This document shows, one piece after another, positions 18,892 to 26,709 of a stretch of 31,835 nucleotides of DNA (position 1 is its first letter; every line of letters begins with the position of its first letter). The notes under the pieces were generated by a model that made no database searches, was not told the origin of the DNA, and saw nothing but the letters and a program-made list of their open reading frames with translations. The translations under genes were made by a program, and so were the position numbers. The stretch covers positions 1 to 31,835 of IMG/VR virus record IMGVR_UViG_3300035675_000022; one strand, given 5' to 3'. This DNA comes from a virus (Duplodnaviria > Caudoviricetes).

Positions 18892-19122
18892 TCAGCGCAT
18901 GACGATCCCGACCGTCTCCCGCTTCAGCGCAAGGATGGCTTCCGCCGTCGCATCACGGACAGCCTGTTCGACGCTCCGCTTGGTGTTCCACCAGGACAGC
19001 CGCCTGGACGTGAGCATCACGATGTCGTCGATCAGGTTGCGTTCCAGAAGACCACCCCCCGGGAAGCGAGCCACCTCACCTTCCGGGGAGACGATCTGAA
19101 GCAAGAAAACAGGGCCGGGCAC
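18892..19122 (-). CDS. Hypothetical protein (76 aa; GTG start, MPGPVFLLQ)
   Basis: GGAGG lies just upstream of GTG at 19122; this start removes the overlap with the previous gene. Confidence 0.6.
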   Translation of the reverse strand: MPGPVFLLQIVSPEGEVARFPGGGLLERNLIDDIVMLTSRRLSWWNTKRSVEQAVRDATAEAILALKRETVGIVMR

Positions 19123-19133
19123 GTCAGCCTCCG

Positions 19134-19541
19134 TCAGGGCATCACGCCCGATTGATGCGCCGCCACCGTCACCGGCGACGTTTGCCGCATGTAGCCTTCG
19201 ACCACAGCCTTGCACGCGAATGCCGTGGCTGCCGTCGTGTTGACGTACTGAAGCCCGTAACCCTCTGTACACGCGATCCCGTTCTCGCCAAAGTCCGCCG
19301 ACTGGCGAACCAGGCCAGGCGAGACAACGTGTACGAAGATCACCGACCCTGTGGAGTCTTGCACCTTGAGTGCCGTCGCGCCGTCTTGCGTGACCGACAC
19401 CTCGATGTTCGTCACGTAGATCGTCCAGCCCGTCACGCCGGCGACCAGCGTTGAAGCCGTCGTCGATGCGCTCCCAGACGACACCGAGATCGTCTTGGAG
19501 AAGCTGGGAAAGAGGGCGCGCGGGTTGTAGCCGTAACCCAT
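19134..19541 (-). CDS. Small beta-rich virion protein, possible capsid decoration (135 aa)
   Basis: Ser/Thr/Val-rich; TIYVTNIEVS and VVEGY strands; RBS AGGGGG; follows the head genes. Confidence 0.55.
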   Translation of the reverse strand: MGYGYNPRALFPSFSKTISVSSGSASTTASTLVAGVTGWTIYVTNIEVSVTQDGATALKVQDSTGSVIFVHVVSPGLVRQSADFGENGIACTEGYGLQYVNTTAATAFACKAVVEGYMRQTSPVTVAAHQSGVMP

Positions 19542-19553
19542 CTCACACCCCCT

Positions 19554-19967
19554 TTACAGTTCGCCCAAGCTGGCCGCGACTCGCTCCGCCACACCCAGGT
19601 ACGGACGCACACAGACGGTCACATCCCCGAAGGCGTACTCGTTGCTCGCTGTCGTCACGAGCAATTCCAGGTAGTCGCCTGCCGCGAATGTTGCCGAGGT
19701 CAGCGTCAGAGTGTTGCTGCCGCTGGTGACGACATCCGAGATCGCCGCTGCGTTCTTCGCCAGCGCAATGTCCACCGAGCCGCTGGACGTGGAGTAGTTC
19801 GCGTAGGCCGACAGAATCTTGCCCGCCCAGGGCATCCGCACCTTGCCCACGCTGGCCGATGCGAGAGCCAGGTCCGCGTTGACCACCTCGAAGTGCAACG
19901 GGATGATCTGCTGCGCGAACTCGTTGACGGTGTTGGTCGGATCGATGTTCTTGGAACGAATCGCCAT
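19554..19967 (-). CDS. Putative capsid decoration/cement protein (137 aa)
   Basis: RMPWAGKILSA...VDIALAKN...TFAAGDYLEL beta-sandwich pattern common in phage head and fibre domains. Confidence 0.55.
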   Translation of the reverse strand: MAIRSKNIDPTNTVNEFAQQIIPLHFEVVNADLALASASVGKVRMPWAGKILSAYANYSTSSGSVDIALAKNAAAISDVVTSGSNTLTLTSATFAAGDYLELLVTTASNEYAFGDVTVCVRPYLGVAERVAASLGEL

Positions 19968-19980
19968 TTGGTTGCTACCA

Positions 19981-20041
19981 CCCCGCCCCCGCAGAACAGA
20001 GGACCAGGTGGAAGCGGGGGACAGGGCGCCCCCACCCGGTC
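19981..20041 (-). promoter_or_regulatory. Structured intergenic RNA element (15-bp hairpin, potential H-type pseudoknot)
   Basis: mRNA GACCGGGUGGGGGCG pairs with CGCUUCCACCUGGUC (3 G-U); the loop CCCUGUCCCC pairs with downstream GGGGGCGGGG (2 G-U). Confidence 0.6.
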
Positions 20042-20055
20042 ATGCCTCGCCGGCG

Positions 20056-20496
20056 TCAGCCGACGATTGCGACTGCCCACACGCCAGTCGTGGGCGCGGC
20101 TGCCGTCGCCGCCGTCGTGTCGGCGCGAATGCCGAAGCCGTAGGCCAGCGACAGCCCATCGGGGAACGCCACCACCATCTGCTGCGAGGCCGGGAGGTGA
20201 TGGATCTGCGTCGGACTGGTCGCCGCCACGGACGCCGTGTGATCGACCTTGACGTAGGCTGCCGTCGAGTCGAGATTCTTCAGGATCAGCCCGTAGAGGG
20301 TGCCCGTCAGAGCCGTGGTGTACGTCGAGGCCGACGTGACGGTGCCGATGTTGATGAACCCGAGGTCCGGGTTGCCCTTGTGCTGCGCCAGGTAGCTGAA
20401 CAGCGTCTTGAGGAACCCCTGGACGTGTGCCTTGCGGATCTCCGCCAGCACCTTTTGCTTGACCTTGACTGCCGCTTCTGTCGTGAATGCTGCCAT
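20056..20496 (-). CDS. Putative head decoration/minor capsid protein (146 aa)
   Basis: Strong RBS TAAGGAG; GTLYGLILKN...AAYVKV.D...FPDGL....G jelly-roll-like pattern seen in phage head proteins. Confidence 0.55.
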   Translation of the reverse strand: MAAFTTEAAVKVKQKVLAEIRKAHVQGFLKTLFSYLAQHKGNPDLGFINIGTVTSASTYTTALTGTLYGLILKNLDSTAAYVKVDHTASVAATSPTQIHHLPASQQMVVAFPDGLSLAYGFGIRADTTAATAAAPTTGVWAVAIVG

Positions 20497-20539
20497 TGTC
20501 GTAACTCCTTACGCTAGGGACAGGGTGCAGCCCGAAAGC

Positions 20540-21010
20540 CTAGCTCGTTGACTTACTGCCTTCCTGCACGAAGGTCGCTTCACCGGCACGAAGCTGCTTG
20601 GCGAACCACGCTGACGACCCGATCTGCTCCAGATCGTCCGCTTCCTTCGCCGCCAATTCTATCTCCTGGCGGCGCTCCATCTCGACAAGTTTCGCATCTG
20701 CGGCCTCTGGACCGCCCGCTGCCCAAATGTCGTGATCGCGGAGCCACTGGAGCAGTTCGTACCAGTTGGGGTTCCGCAGGATGCTCGTCACGGGCACCAG
20801 CCCGTGTTGCAGTGCCGTCGCCAATTCCGAGTCGGTGTTGACTGCCGTCAGCCGCTTCGCGGCGGCACTCCGCCGCATCAGCCGGTAGACGGGTTCTTGC
20901 ACGCCTGGCATCAGCACCAGTTCCCGGTCGTAGGCTGCCACGTCACGCAACAGCCAGTCCGGAGGCGCCGGCAAGTTCCACGGGTTGCGCGGCGCCAGCC
21001 AGTTCGTCAC
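20540..21010 (-). CDS. Hypothetical head-associated protein (156 aa; GTG start, MTNWLAPRNPW)
   Basis: GTGA overlap with the stop of the upstream gene; P.W.LR.V..YD.EL.L motif and C-terminal helix. Confidence 0.65.
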   Translation of the reverse strand: MTNWLAPRNPWNLPAPPDWLLRDVAAYDRELVLMPGVQEPVYRLMRRSAAAKRLTAVNTDSELATALQHGLVPVTSILRNPNWYELLQWLRDHDIWAAGGPEAADAKLVEMERRQEIELAAKEADDLEQIGSSAWFAKQLRAGEATFVQEGSKSTS

Positions 21011-21420
21011 TTTGTTCCGGCAGGATTGGCGAAGACGACCCCGCCCCCCTCTCCGGCCCCCATGCCGGCGCCGGCCAATTCGGGCCGCACGCCAGTGTGC
21101 TGAACGGACGTGACCTTCTGCCGATCCGGCGGCAGTTGCTTCCGGTCGAGACATTCCTGCTTCGACTGGTCGTACTTCACCTTGTCGGTCGGGAGGTTCC
21201 AGCCTTCGACCCACAGGTAGCTCTCGAACTGCTCCGGATTGTAGGGGTTCTCCGTCCCCATGATGCGCGCCTGGAAGATCGCCTTCTGCGCGGCGGCGGG
21301 CGACATGAACGCCGTGCCGTTGGCCGGCACGACGCAACTTCTGCCGTCGTAGGTGACGGTGATGTCCTTGTCCGACCGATTGCCCACTCGCACGAAGCCG
21401 CTGGCGAAATGCTGATTCAT
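21007..21420 (-). CDS. Hypothetical protein downstream of the major capsid gene (137 aa)
   Basis: V.N.SD.DI...YDG....VPA N-terminal motif often seen after capsid genes; RBS-like GGGGACAGGA. Confidence 0.7.
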   Translation of the reverse strand: MNQHFASGFVRVGNRSDKDITVTYDGRSCVVPANGTAFMSPAAAQKAIFQARIMGTENPYNPEQFESYLWVEGWNLPTDKVKYDQSKQECLDRKQLPPDRQKVTSVQHTGVRPELAGAGMGAGEGGGVVFANPAGTK

Positions 21421-21442
21421 ATGCGTCCTGTCCCCAACTAAC

Positions 21443-21466
21443 CGGGGGCGGGTTGCCCCGCCCCCG
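21443..21466 (-). terminator. GC hairpin with GNRA loop after the major capsid gene (weak terminator or stabiliser)
   Basis: CGGGGGCGGG-GCAA-CCCGCCCCCG, 10-bp perfect stem 6 nt after the stop; only a poor U-tract (GUUAGUU). Confidence 0.65.
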
Positions 21467-21472
21467 CGTCAG

Positions 21473-22771
21473 TTACTCCGCACGGACGACGACGAGCGAG
21501 GTGCCCGTGATGCCGTCCAGTCGAGCGTTGTACGCCGGGTAACGGCAGTGGTACTGCTTGCGGATGCGATACCACGCCTCGAAGGCGTCACGCCCCGTCG
21601 AACCCGAGCCGATGCGGGTCAGGATCTGTCCGTCCTCGTCCACCCACTTGCCCGGCTCCGACTCGTAGCAGATCCAGCCCGAGTTGGCCTTGTCGAGCAG
21701 CATGAGTGTGTCGAGGGGGAAGTCCCGGATCACCTTGAAGGGCACTTCGCCCACGGTGATGTCCCCTTGCTGGAAGGCGACGGTGCCAGCGTCGGGACGC
21801 TGAAGCGTGCCCGCCGTGTAGCGCCGGTCGCTCGCCATGATGTTCAGGTACACCCGGCGAACCGAGTGGTGCCCGACCAGGATGTCCACCTTCGCGCCGA
21901 GCTTCTGATCCAACACGTCCGAGACGGACTGGAGCAGATCGACCGAGAGGGCACCCGTGGACGCCTTGACGTAGGCGTTGAAGTTGCCATACGTCGCGCG
22001 ATCCACGCCGAAGTAGTTGCCGCGATACGTGCCGTCGTCCACCAGCGCCATCAGCCCCCAGAAGGCGTGTTCGTAGCTGGTGTCCAGGATGTCCGTCACG
22101 CTCGAACTGGCGACCTGGACGATGTAGTCGTTGTCCGCCGCCACGGTGGGGGTGCCCGACATGGTGATCGAGGTGCCATCCGAGGAGCAGGACAGCACCT
22201 TGAGGATGTCGGCCCGCAGGGCACCCGTTGTCGGGTTGACGAAGCCGATCCACATCCCAGGGATGATGAATCGGTTGCCGAAGTTGTCGCCGGTGATCCC
22301 GCCAGGGGCATCGACCGTCATCGTCGCTCCGCCGGTGGGCGAAGCGTCGTCCACCAGGCAGAGGACGCCGCGCCCGTCCGTCGCCAGGGCGTACTCCTCG
22401 CGCCGCGCGATGTCCTTGATCAGACCCTGCATCTCGTCGCGCTTCGCCTGCTTGAAGGCACCCTTGCTCGACATCGAATCGGAGATCGCCTCCGAAGTCA
22501 GCCGAATCCGCGCCATCAGCTTGCGCTGCGAGATCCGCACCTGGACGTGTCCCTGCGCGCCGGCATCCGCGAACGCCGAGTCCTCCCCGACGAACATCGG
22601 AGAGACGTTGCGCGAGACGTGCGCCGTGTAGACGACCTCACGCCCGCTGAACCCCTGCGTCTCGAACTTGAACAGATCCTTCAGGGGGTTGCGATTGTTG
22701 ACTTGCTCCGAGACGTAATCCTCGTAGAAGTCCTTGAGGATGCCGTCAATCTGCTGTGTGTCCGCTCCCAT
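21473..22771 (-). CDS. Major capsid protein (HK97 fold, 432 aa)
   Basis: Follows the scaffold gene; ILKDFYEDYVSEQVN N-arm, GEDSAF, spine helix (KRDEMQGLIKDIARREEYALATDGRG), YFGVDR, terminal NARLDGI. Confidence 0.85.
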   Translation of the reverse strand: MGADTQQIDGILKDFYEDYVSEQVNNRNPLKDLFKFETQGFSGREVVYTAHVSRNVSPMFVGEDSAFADAGAQGHVQVRISQRKLMARIRLTSEAISDSMSSKGAFKQAKRDEMQGLIKDIARREEYALATDGRGVLCLVDDASPTGGATMTVDAPGGITGDNFGNRFIIPGMWIGFVNPTTGALRADILKVLSCSSDGTSITMSGTPTVAADNDYIVQVASSSVTDILDTSYEHAFWGLMALVDDGTYRGNYFGVDRATYGNFNAYVKASTGALSVDLLQSVSDVLDQKLGAKVDILVGHHSVRRVYLNIMASDRRYTAGTLQRPDAGTVAFQQGDITVGEVPFKVIRDFPLDTLMLLDKANSGWICYESEPGKWVDEDGQILTRIGSGSTGRDAFEAWYRIRKQYHCRYPAYNARLDGITGTSLVVVRAE

Positions 22772-22784
22772 TGTTCCGTCTCCG

Positions 22785-23627
22785 TCAGCCCTGATTCATG
22801 CGGGACATCAGGGCGTCGAAGGCAGCTTCGTGAAGTTCGTCTTCCGTCTTGGGCTTCCCTGGCCCGCCTTGCCCGAGCGTCTGGGTGCCTGGCCCCGCCT
22901 TGGGGAGCCGAGACACCCGCTGCGCGGACTCGCGCGGGTTCACGGTGGCCTGGCGACGGAACGGATCGAACATCCGCTTCTGCCGATTCGCCCACCATTC
23001 GGTAGCGATGCTCATGTCGCCCGACATGTACCGTTGCCGGGCTTGGGGCACGTTGTCCAGGTAGTCGATGAAGGCGACGTGGAATGCCCGTCGATCTTCG
23101 TTCTCCAACTGGATGCCCTTGAACGTCGCGTTGATCGCCGTATCCAGCGTCCGCACCGCTTGCGCGCCGAGATTGTCGTACACCTGCGCCTCCATCTGGC
23201 GCACGGTGGGGACCATCTCTGCGGCGGAACGGAGTTCGTCCGCGCGACCCGCGAGTTCCAGCATCTGCTTGAGTTCAGGAACGACCTCCAGCAACTGCTC
23301 GCGGATCCGCTTGGCGTTCTCATCGACTGGCGCCTGGGCCTGCCCTTGCTGCCGACCTCCCCGGAGTTCCTGGAGTTCGCGCTGCAACTGCTGGTTCTGT
23401 TCCCAGATCTGCCGAGCCGACTGCTCCCACTGGCGCCGCGCTTCGATCACTTCCTGAAAGCGATGCCGTGGGATCATCCCGTCGTTGCCTGGCTGGCCGG
23501 CAGACTCGCCGGTTTCCGCACCGGCAGGCGAGGGTTGAGTCTGCGACGACGGATCTTGCTGGGTGCCGGTGGGCGAGTCCGACTGTGCGCCCGGCTGAGG
23601 ATCGTACCCGTCGAACGTGTCTGACAT
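22785..23627 (-). CDS. Capsid scaffolding protein (280 aa)
   Basis: Disordered acidic N-terminus, IPRHRFQEV motif, coiled coil, C-terminal helix (KTEDELHEAAF); lies between portal and capsid; RBS GGAGGAG. Confidence 0.8.
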   Translation of the reverse strand: MSDTFDGYDPQPGAQSDSPTGTQQDPSSQTQPSPAGAETGESAGQPGNDGMIPRHRFQEVIEARRQWEQSARQIWEQNQQLQRELQELRGGRQQGQAQAPVDENAKRIREQLLEVVPELKQMLELAGRADELRSAAEMVPTVRQMEAQVYDNLGAQAVRTLDTAINATFKGIQLENEDRRAFHVAFIDYLDNVPQARQRYMSGDMSIATEWWANRQKRMFDPFRRQATVNPRESAQRVSRLPKAGPGTQTLGQGGPGKPKTEDELHEAAFDALMSRMNQG

Positions 23628-23679
23628 ACCATCTCCTCCCCTTGGTGACGCAGTTGGGTCTGCGGGAGCGGTTCGTCAG

Positions 23680-23709
23680 ACTATGCGCGGAAGCGTCTCA
23701 CATTGTCAA
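23680..23709 (-). promoter_or_regulatory. Sigma70-type promoter for scaffold/capsid genes
   Basis: Perfect -35 TTGACA (23709-23704), 18-bp spacer, -10 CATAGT (23685-23680), about 50 nt upstream of the scaffold ATG. Confidence 0.65.
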
Positions 23710-23912
23710 TATCTTGACGGTTTCCTGAAGTCAGAGAGGGGACGGACAGCCGGCCAGCGTGGACGCTGTACCAGCGGGACATTGTTCCTGTCCAGCGTCC
23801 GCCCACACATGTTACAGAAGCGCACATCACCCCACTCCTCGAAGGAGAGGTGATTGCAAGGGATCTGGTTACTCTGGTCCTCTGTTCTGGGGTGTCTCGT
23901 CGTTGTTCCCAT
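23706..23912 (-). CDS. Possible small Zn-finger protein (68 aa) overlapping the portal 3' end
   Basis: MGTTTRHPRTEDQSNQIPCNH...FCNMCG: C-x-H ... CxxC; fills the portal-scaffold gap; weak RBS. Confidence 0.4.
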   Translation of the reverse strand: MGTTTRHPRTEDQSNQIPCNHLSFEEWGDVRFCNMCGRTLDRNNVPLVQRPRWPAVRPLSDFRKPSRY

Positions 23913-26259
23913 GTGGCTCGTCAGCGGGGTTGCCACTCTCGTGATTGGAACGCTCCATCGCGCCGCCACGCTTGGGCGGCGCCTGGGCGGCGGCTTGCTG
24001 CTGCATGTCCCGCATCCCGACAGCCTTGGTTTCCTCCAAATGCTGCAAGAACGCGACTTCCAAGAACGGGAACTGCGCGAAGATCTCCTTCGCCCGGTCG
24101 GAGTTGGCCCACTTTCGGTGTTCCGCGAAATGCACCAGCGGGTTGTGATAGAGCTTGTGCTGGAATGGGGTGATCGGCGGCAGTGTGGGCTTCTGTGGCA
24201 TCGGCATCCCCTGCTGAAGTAGCTGCTGGGAACCCTGCGCCCACTGCATCATCTGCCCCTGCCACTGCTGGATCGCCATGCCGACCATCGGCATCTGCTG
24301 CTGGTTGGCTGTGACCCACTCCTCGAAGGCGTCCTGCTCTGCCAAGGCACTTTTCACGTCGAAATCGAGGCTGGGGACCAGATCTGACAGCCCAAAGCCC
24401 TTCAGGATGGCGTATTGCTGCTCCGGATCCTTGGGATTGAGCAACCCAAGCTGGTTGGCGTGTTCGATAGCGGCGCGACGGCCCAGATTCGTCTTGGGCG
24501 CCTGCGATCCGTCTTCTACCAGGATCTCGATGGCCCCCTGGAGGTTCGCTTTCTCGAAATGCTTGAACGTGTAGCCAGAATTGGGCTTGGTGACGGACAT
24601 CACCCGCTCAGTCGGGCCAAACTCACGTTCCAACTCCAGCGCCATCGTGTACCAGCGCCGGTACGCCTCCCCGCGTTCCTTGAAGACGGTCGAAAACCGG
24701 CTTTGGGCACGTTCGACGAGCAGTTGCAGCGTCGAAAAGGCTTCCACGCCAGTCGGCGCGTTGCCTTTCAGCACGTCCAGGGTGCCGGCCAACTGCTCGA
24801 AGTCCTGAATGTACTGGGTGCGAAGCTGGAACAGCGTGGCCGGCATGTTCGAGCCTTCCACCTTCTCCGGTTTCGCGTTCCCGCCGGCGGCGAGCGGGTT
24901 GTACTCGACCACCAGGCCCGGCGCGCCCGTGAAACTGCGGATCTCCGCCCCTTTCGGCTTCAGCCAGACCGGGTTGGACATGCGCTGGACCCCCAGTTGC
25001 ATCAGGGAGTCCAGTTGGTTGATCTGATCCTGCTTCTGGACGCACAGATCCAGAGGGGATCGCGCCCAGATCCGCCCGCCAACCATGTGGAAGGGGAGGT
25101 GAACCCAGTTGAACAGGGGGTTGCCAGCCCGATCATGGTAGGGCAGGGCACCCGGATCGCTGCCCTCGCCACGCACCACCGTCGCGCCGCTGCCTTCGCC
25201 GGCCACGCGCAAGAACAGCCCGTCAGGAAATTGACGGGTGGGCTTCAGCCAGAGTTCGTATTCGGGGATCCCTGACGAATGCGGCTCCTGGGCGCCCCCG
25301 AAGCCGAAGGTGGACAGCAGGCCAGAGTTGTCCGTTTGGTTCGCCAGCGCCCGGAGCAGTTGCAGGGACCGCTCAGTCGGCGCGTCCTGGAACTTCAGCT
25401 TCTTGTGAAGCTCCGGCATCGTGTCCTTGTACCAGCGTTCCGGGCGAAAGCGCATCCGGATCAAGTACGGGAGTTCGTCGAACTGCTTGTACGCCGTGGG
25501 AAAGGCAACCTCGAATGGGGACAGTCCTTCCGTCCGCCCGCGCCCCGTGTTCAGCGTTTCCCCGATCATCGCGCCCGTGGGATCGAACGCTTGGCCCAGC
25601 ATGGGCGAGCCGCACTTGGGGCAGACCTGGCCGGCGCCCATGATCTCCTGCGGGCTGGACACTTCCTGGCACGCCTGGCACTGCTCGAAGGGCACCAGGA
25701 TCTCGCCTTCCGCCGCCTGCGGATCCCAGTACGGATGAAGGAACGAGTTGCCCGTGATGATCGCCCAGAAGTCTGCGAGTCGCCATTGCTCCTCGATCCG
25801 ATGCTCCGCGCCGATGAACGGCTCGATCTCGTCCGCCACCTCCGCCGCCGCGACGTTGGGGGTGCCCGTGCCGACCGGGCGCGCGTAGACCTGGAGATTG
25901 ATACTGGACATCATCGCCAGGAGAGCTTCCGTCGCTTCCGCGAACTTGTTGGTCACGGGGCGCGGAATCCACTGGGCCATCCGCTTGTCTGACCACTGGC
26001 CGCGCTTCTTGTCGTAGTAGATCCACTGCCGTCCCAGGACGTACAGCAGGTTGCGCCACCAGTTGCGCTCGAAGACCCAGCGACCTTCCAGGGCTTCCTT
26101 CTTGCACTCCTCCATCACATCGAGCAACGTCCGGTCGTTACCGAACGGATCGACGGCTTTCTTCTGCTCGCCAAACAGCGAAGCGATCCCGTCGTCGAGG
26201 CCAGCCGGATCGCCTTCTCCGCCAGCGGACGGTGCCGGTGTGATCGGGATGTCAGACAT
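23869..26259 (-). CDS. Portal protein (P22-like, 796 aa) with inserted Zn ribbon
   Basis: Position between terL and scaffold; W..NL.Y..G.QW, RPVTNK, QDQINQLDS, NPVWLKPKG, G..P.GVEA...LQLL.E motifs; Gln/Met-rich C-terminal barrel region. Confidence 0.85.
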   Translation of the reverse strand: MSDIPITPAPSAGGEGDPAGLDDGIASLFGEQKKAVDPFGNDRTLLDVMEECKKEALEGRWVFERNWWRNLLYVLGRQWIYYDKKRGQWSDKRMAQWIPRPVTNKFAEATEALLAMMSSINLQVYARPVGTGTPNVAAAEVADEIEPFIGAEHRIEEQWRLADFWAIITGNSFLHPYWDPQAAEGEILVPFEQCQACQEVSSPQEIMGAGQVCPKCGSPMLGQAFDPTGAMIGETLNTGRGRTEGLSPFEVAFPTAYKQFDELPYLIRMRFRPERWYKDTMPELHKKLKFQDAPTERSLQLLRALANQTDNSGLLSTFGFGGAQEPHSSGIPEYELWLKPTRQFPDGLFLRVAGEGSGATVVRGEGSDPGALPYHDRAGNPLFNWVHLPFHMVGGRIWARSPLDLCVQKQDQINQLDSLMQLGVQRMSNPVWLKPKGAEIRSFTGAPGLVVEYNPLAAGGNAKPEKVEGSNMPATLFQLRTQYIQDFEQLAGTLDVLKGNAPTGVEAFSTLQLLVERAQSRFSTVFKERGEAYRRWYTMALELEREFGPTERVMSVTKPNSGYTFKHFEKANLQGAIEILVEDGSQAPKTNLGRRAAIEHANQLGLLNPKDPEQQYAILKGFGLSDLVPSLDFDVKSALAEQDAFEEWVTANQQQMPMVGMAIQQWQGQMMQWAQGSQQLLQQGMPMPQKPTLPPITPFQHKLYHNPLVHFAEHRKWANSDRAKEIFAQFPFLEVAFLQHLEETKAVGMRDMQQQAAAQAPPKRGGAMERSNHESGNPADEPHGNNDETPQNRGPE

Positions 26260-26273
26260 CTTCGTGCCTCACT

Positions 26274-26621
26274 TCATGGCTCCATCCCCAGTTGACGCGC
26301 CTTCTCGTCGCCAATGTCATCGAAGGAAAGCTCATCACCGATGGAGGGAATGCCCTCACCCTCGAACGGCGGCGCCGCCGTGTGAATCACGGGGGCACCG
26401 AACGGCACGCCAACCTGCTTCGAGAGCAGGATGGATCGTTCCGCTTCCACCTGGTTCAATCGCGCGCGAAGCCAGTCGTTCGTAATCTCTGCGGCCACGG
26501 CACGCTTCTCCAGTTCCAGGTTCCTGCCGCGCAGGACATTGTTCTCCGCGATCAGACTCCGCAAGCTCCCCTGATCGGAGTGCGCTTGCCACGACTGCAC
26601 CACCCACTTAGGAACCCACAT
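26274..26621 (-). CDS. Hypothetical coiled-coil protein (115 aa)
   Basis: GGAGG RBS between the tRNA CCA end and ATG; heptad region NNVLRGRNLELEKRAVAAE. Confidence 0.7.
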   Translation of the reverse strand: MWVPKWVVQSWQAHSDQGSLRSLIAENNVLRGRNLELEKRAVAAEITNDWLRARLNQVEAERSILLSKQVGVPFGAPVIHTAAPPFEGEGIPSIGDELSFDDIGDEKARQLGMEP

Positions 26622-26634
26622 GTCGCCTCCAGAT

Positions 26635-26709
26635 TGGGTGCGGGGGCAGGACTCGAACCTGCGACCGGCGGGTTATGAGTCCGCTGCTCTACCTCTGAGC
26701 TACCCCGCG
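26635..26709 (-). tRNA. tRNA with CAT anticodon (Met; initiator-like acceptor stem), CCA encoded
   Basis: CGCGGGG TA GCTC AGAGGTA GAGC A GCGGA CTCATAA CCCGC CGGTC GCAGG TTCGAGT CCTGC CCCCGCA C CCA: full 75-nt cloverleaf. Confidence 0.95.

Noticed and set aside
7487-21337. Longest-ORF starts at 8215, 19272 and 21337
   Set aside because: They overlap upstream genes extensively; the coupled or RBS-supported starts at 8113, 19122 and 21010 fit better.
19992-23889. Invertible DNA segment bounded by the 16-bp inverted repeat
   Set aside because: No recombinase in the window, and inversion would flip essential head genes; kept only as an RNA-pairing hypothesis.
26635-26709. tRNA as prophage attachment site
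   Set aside because: Phage genes continue on both sides; no integrase or duplicated tRNA 3' end was seen.
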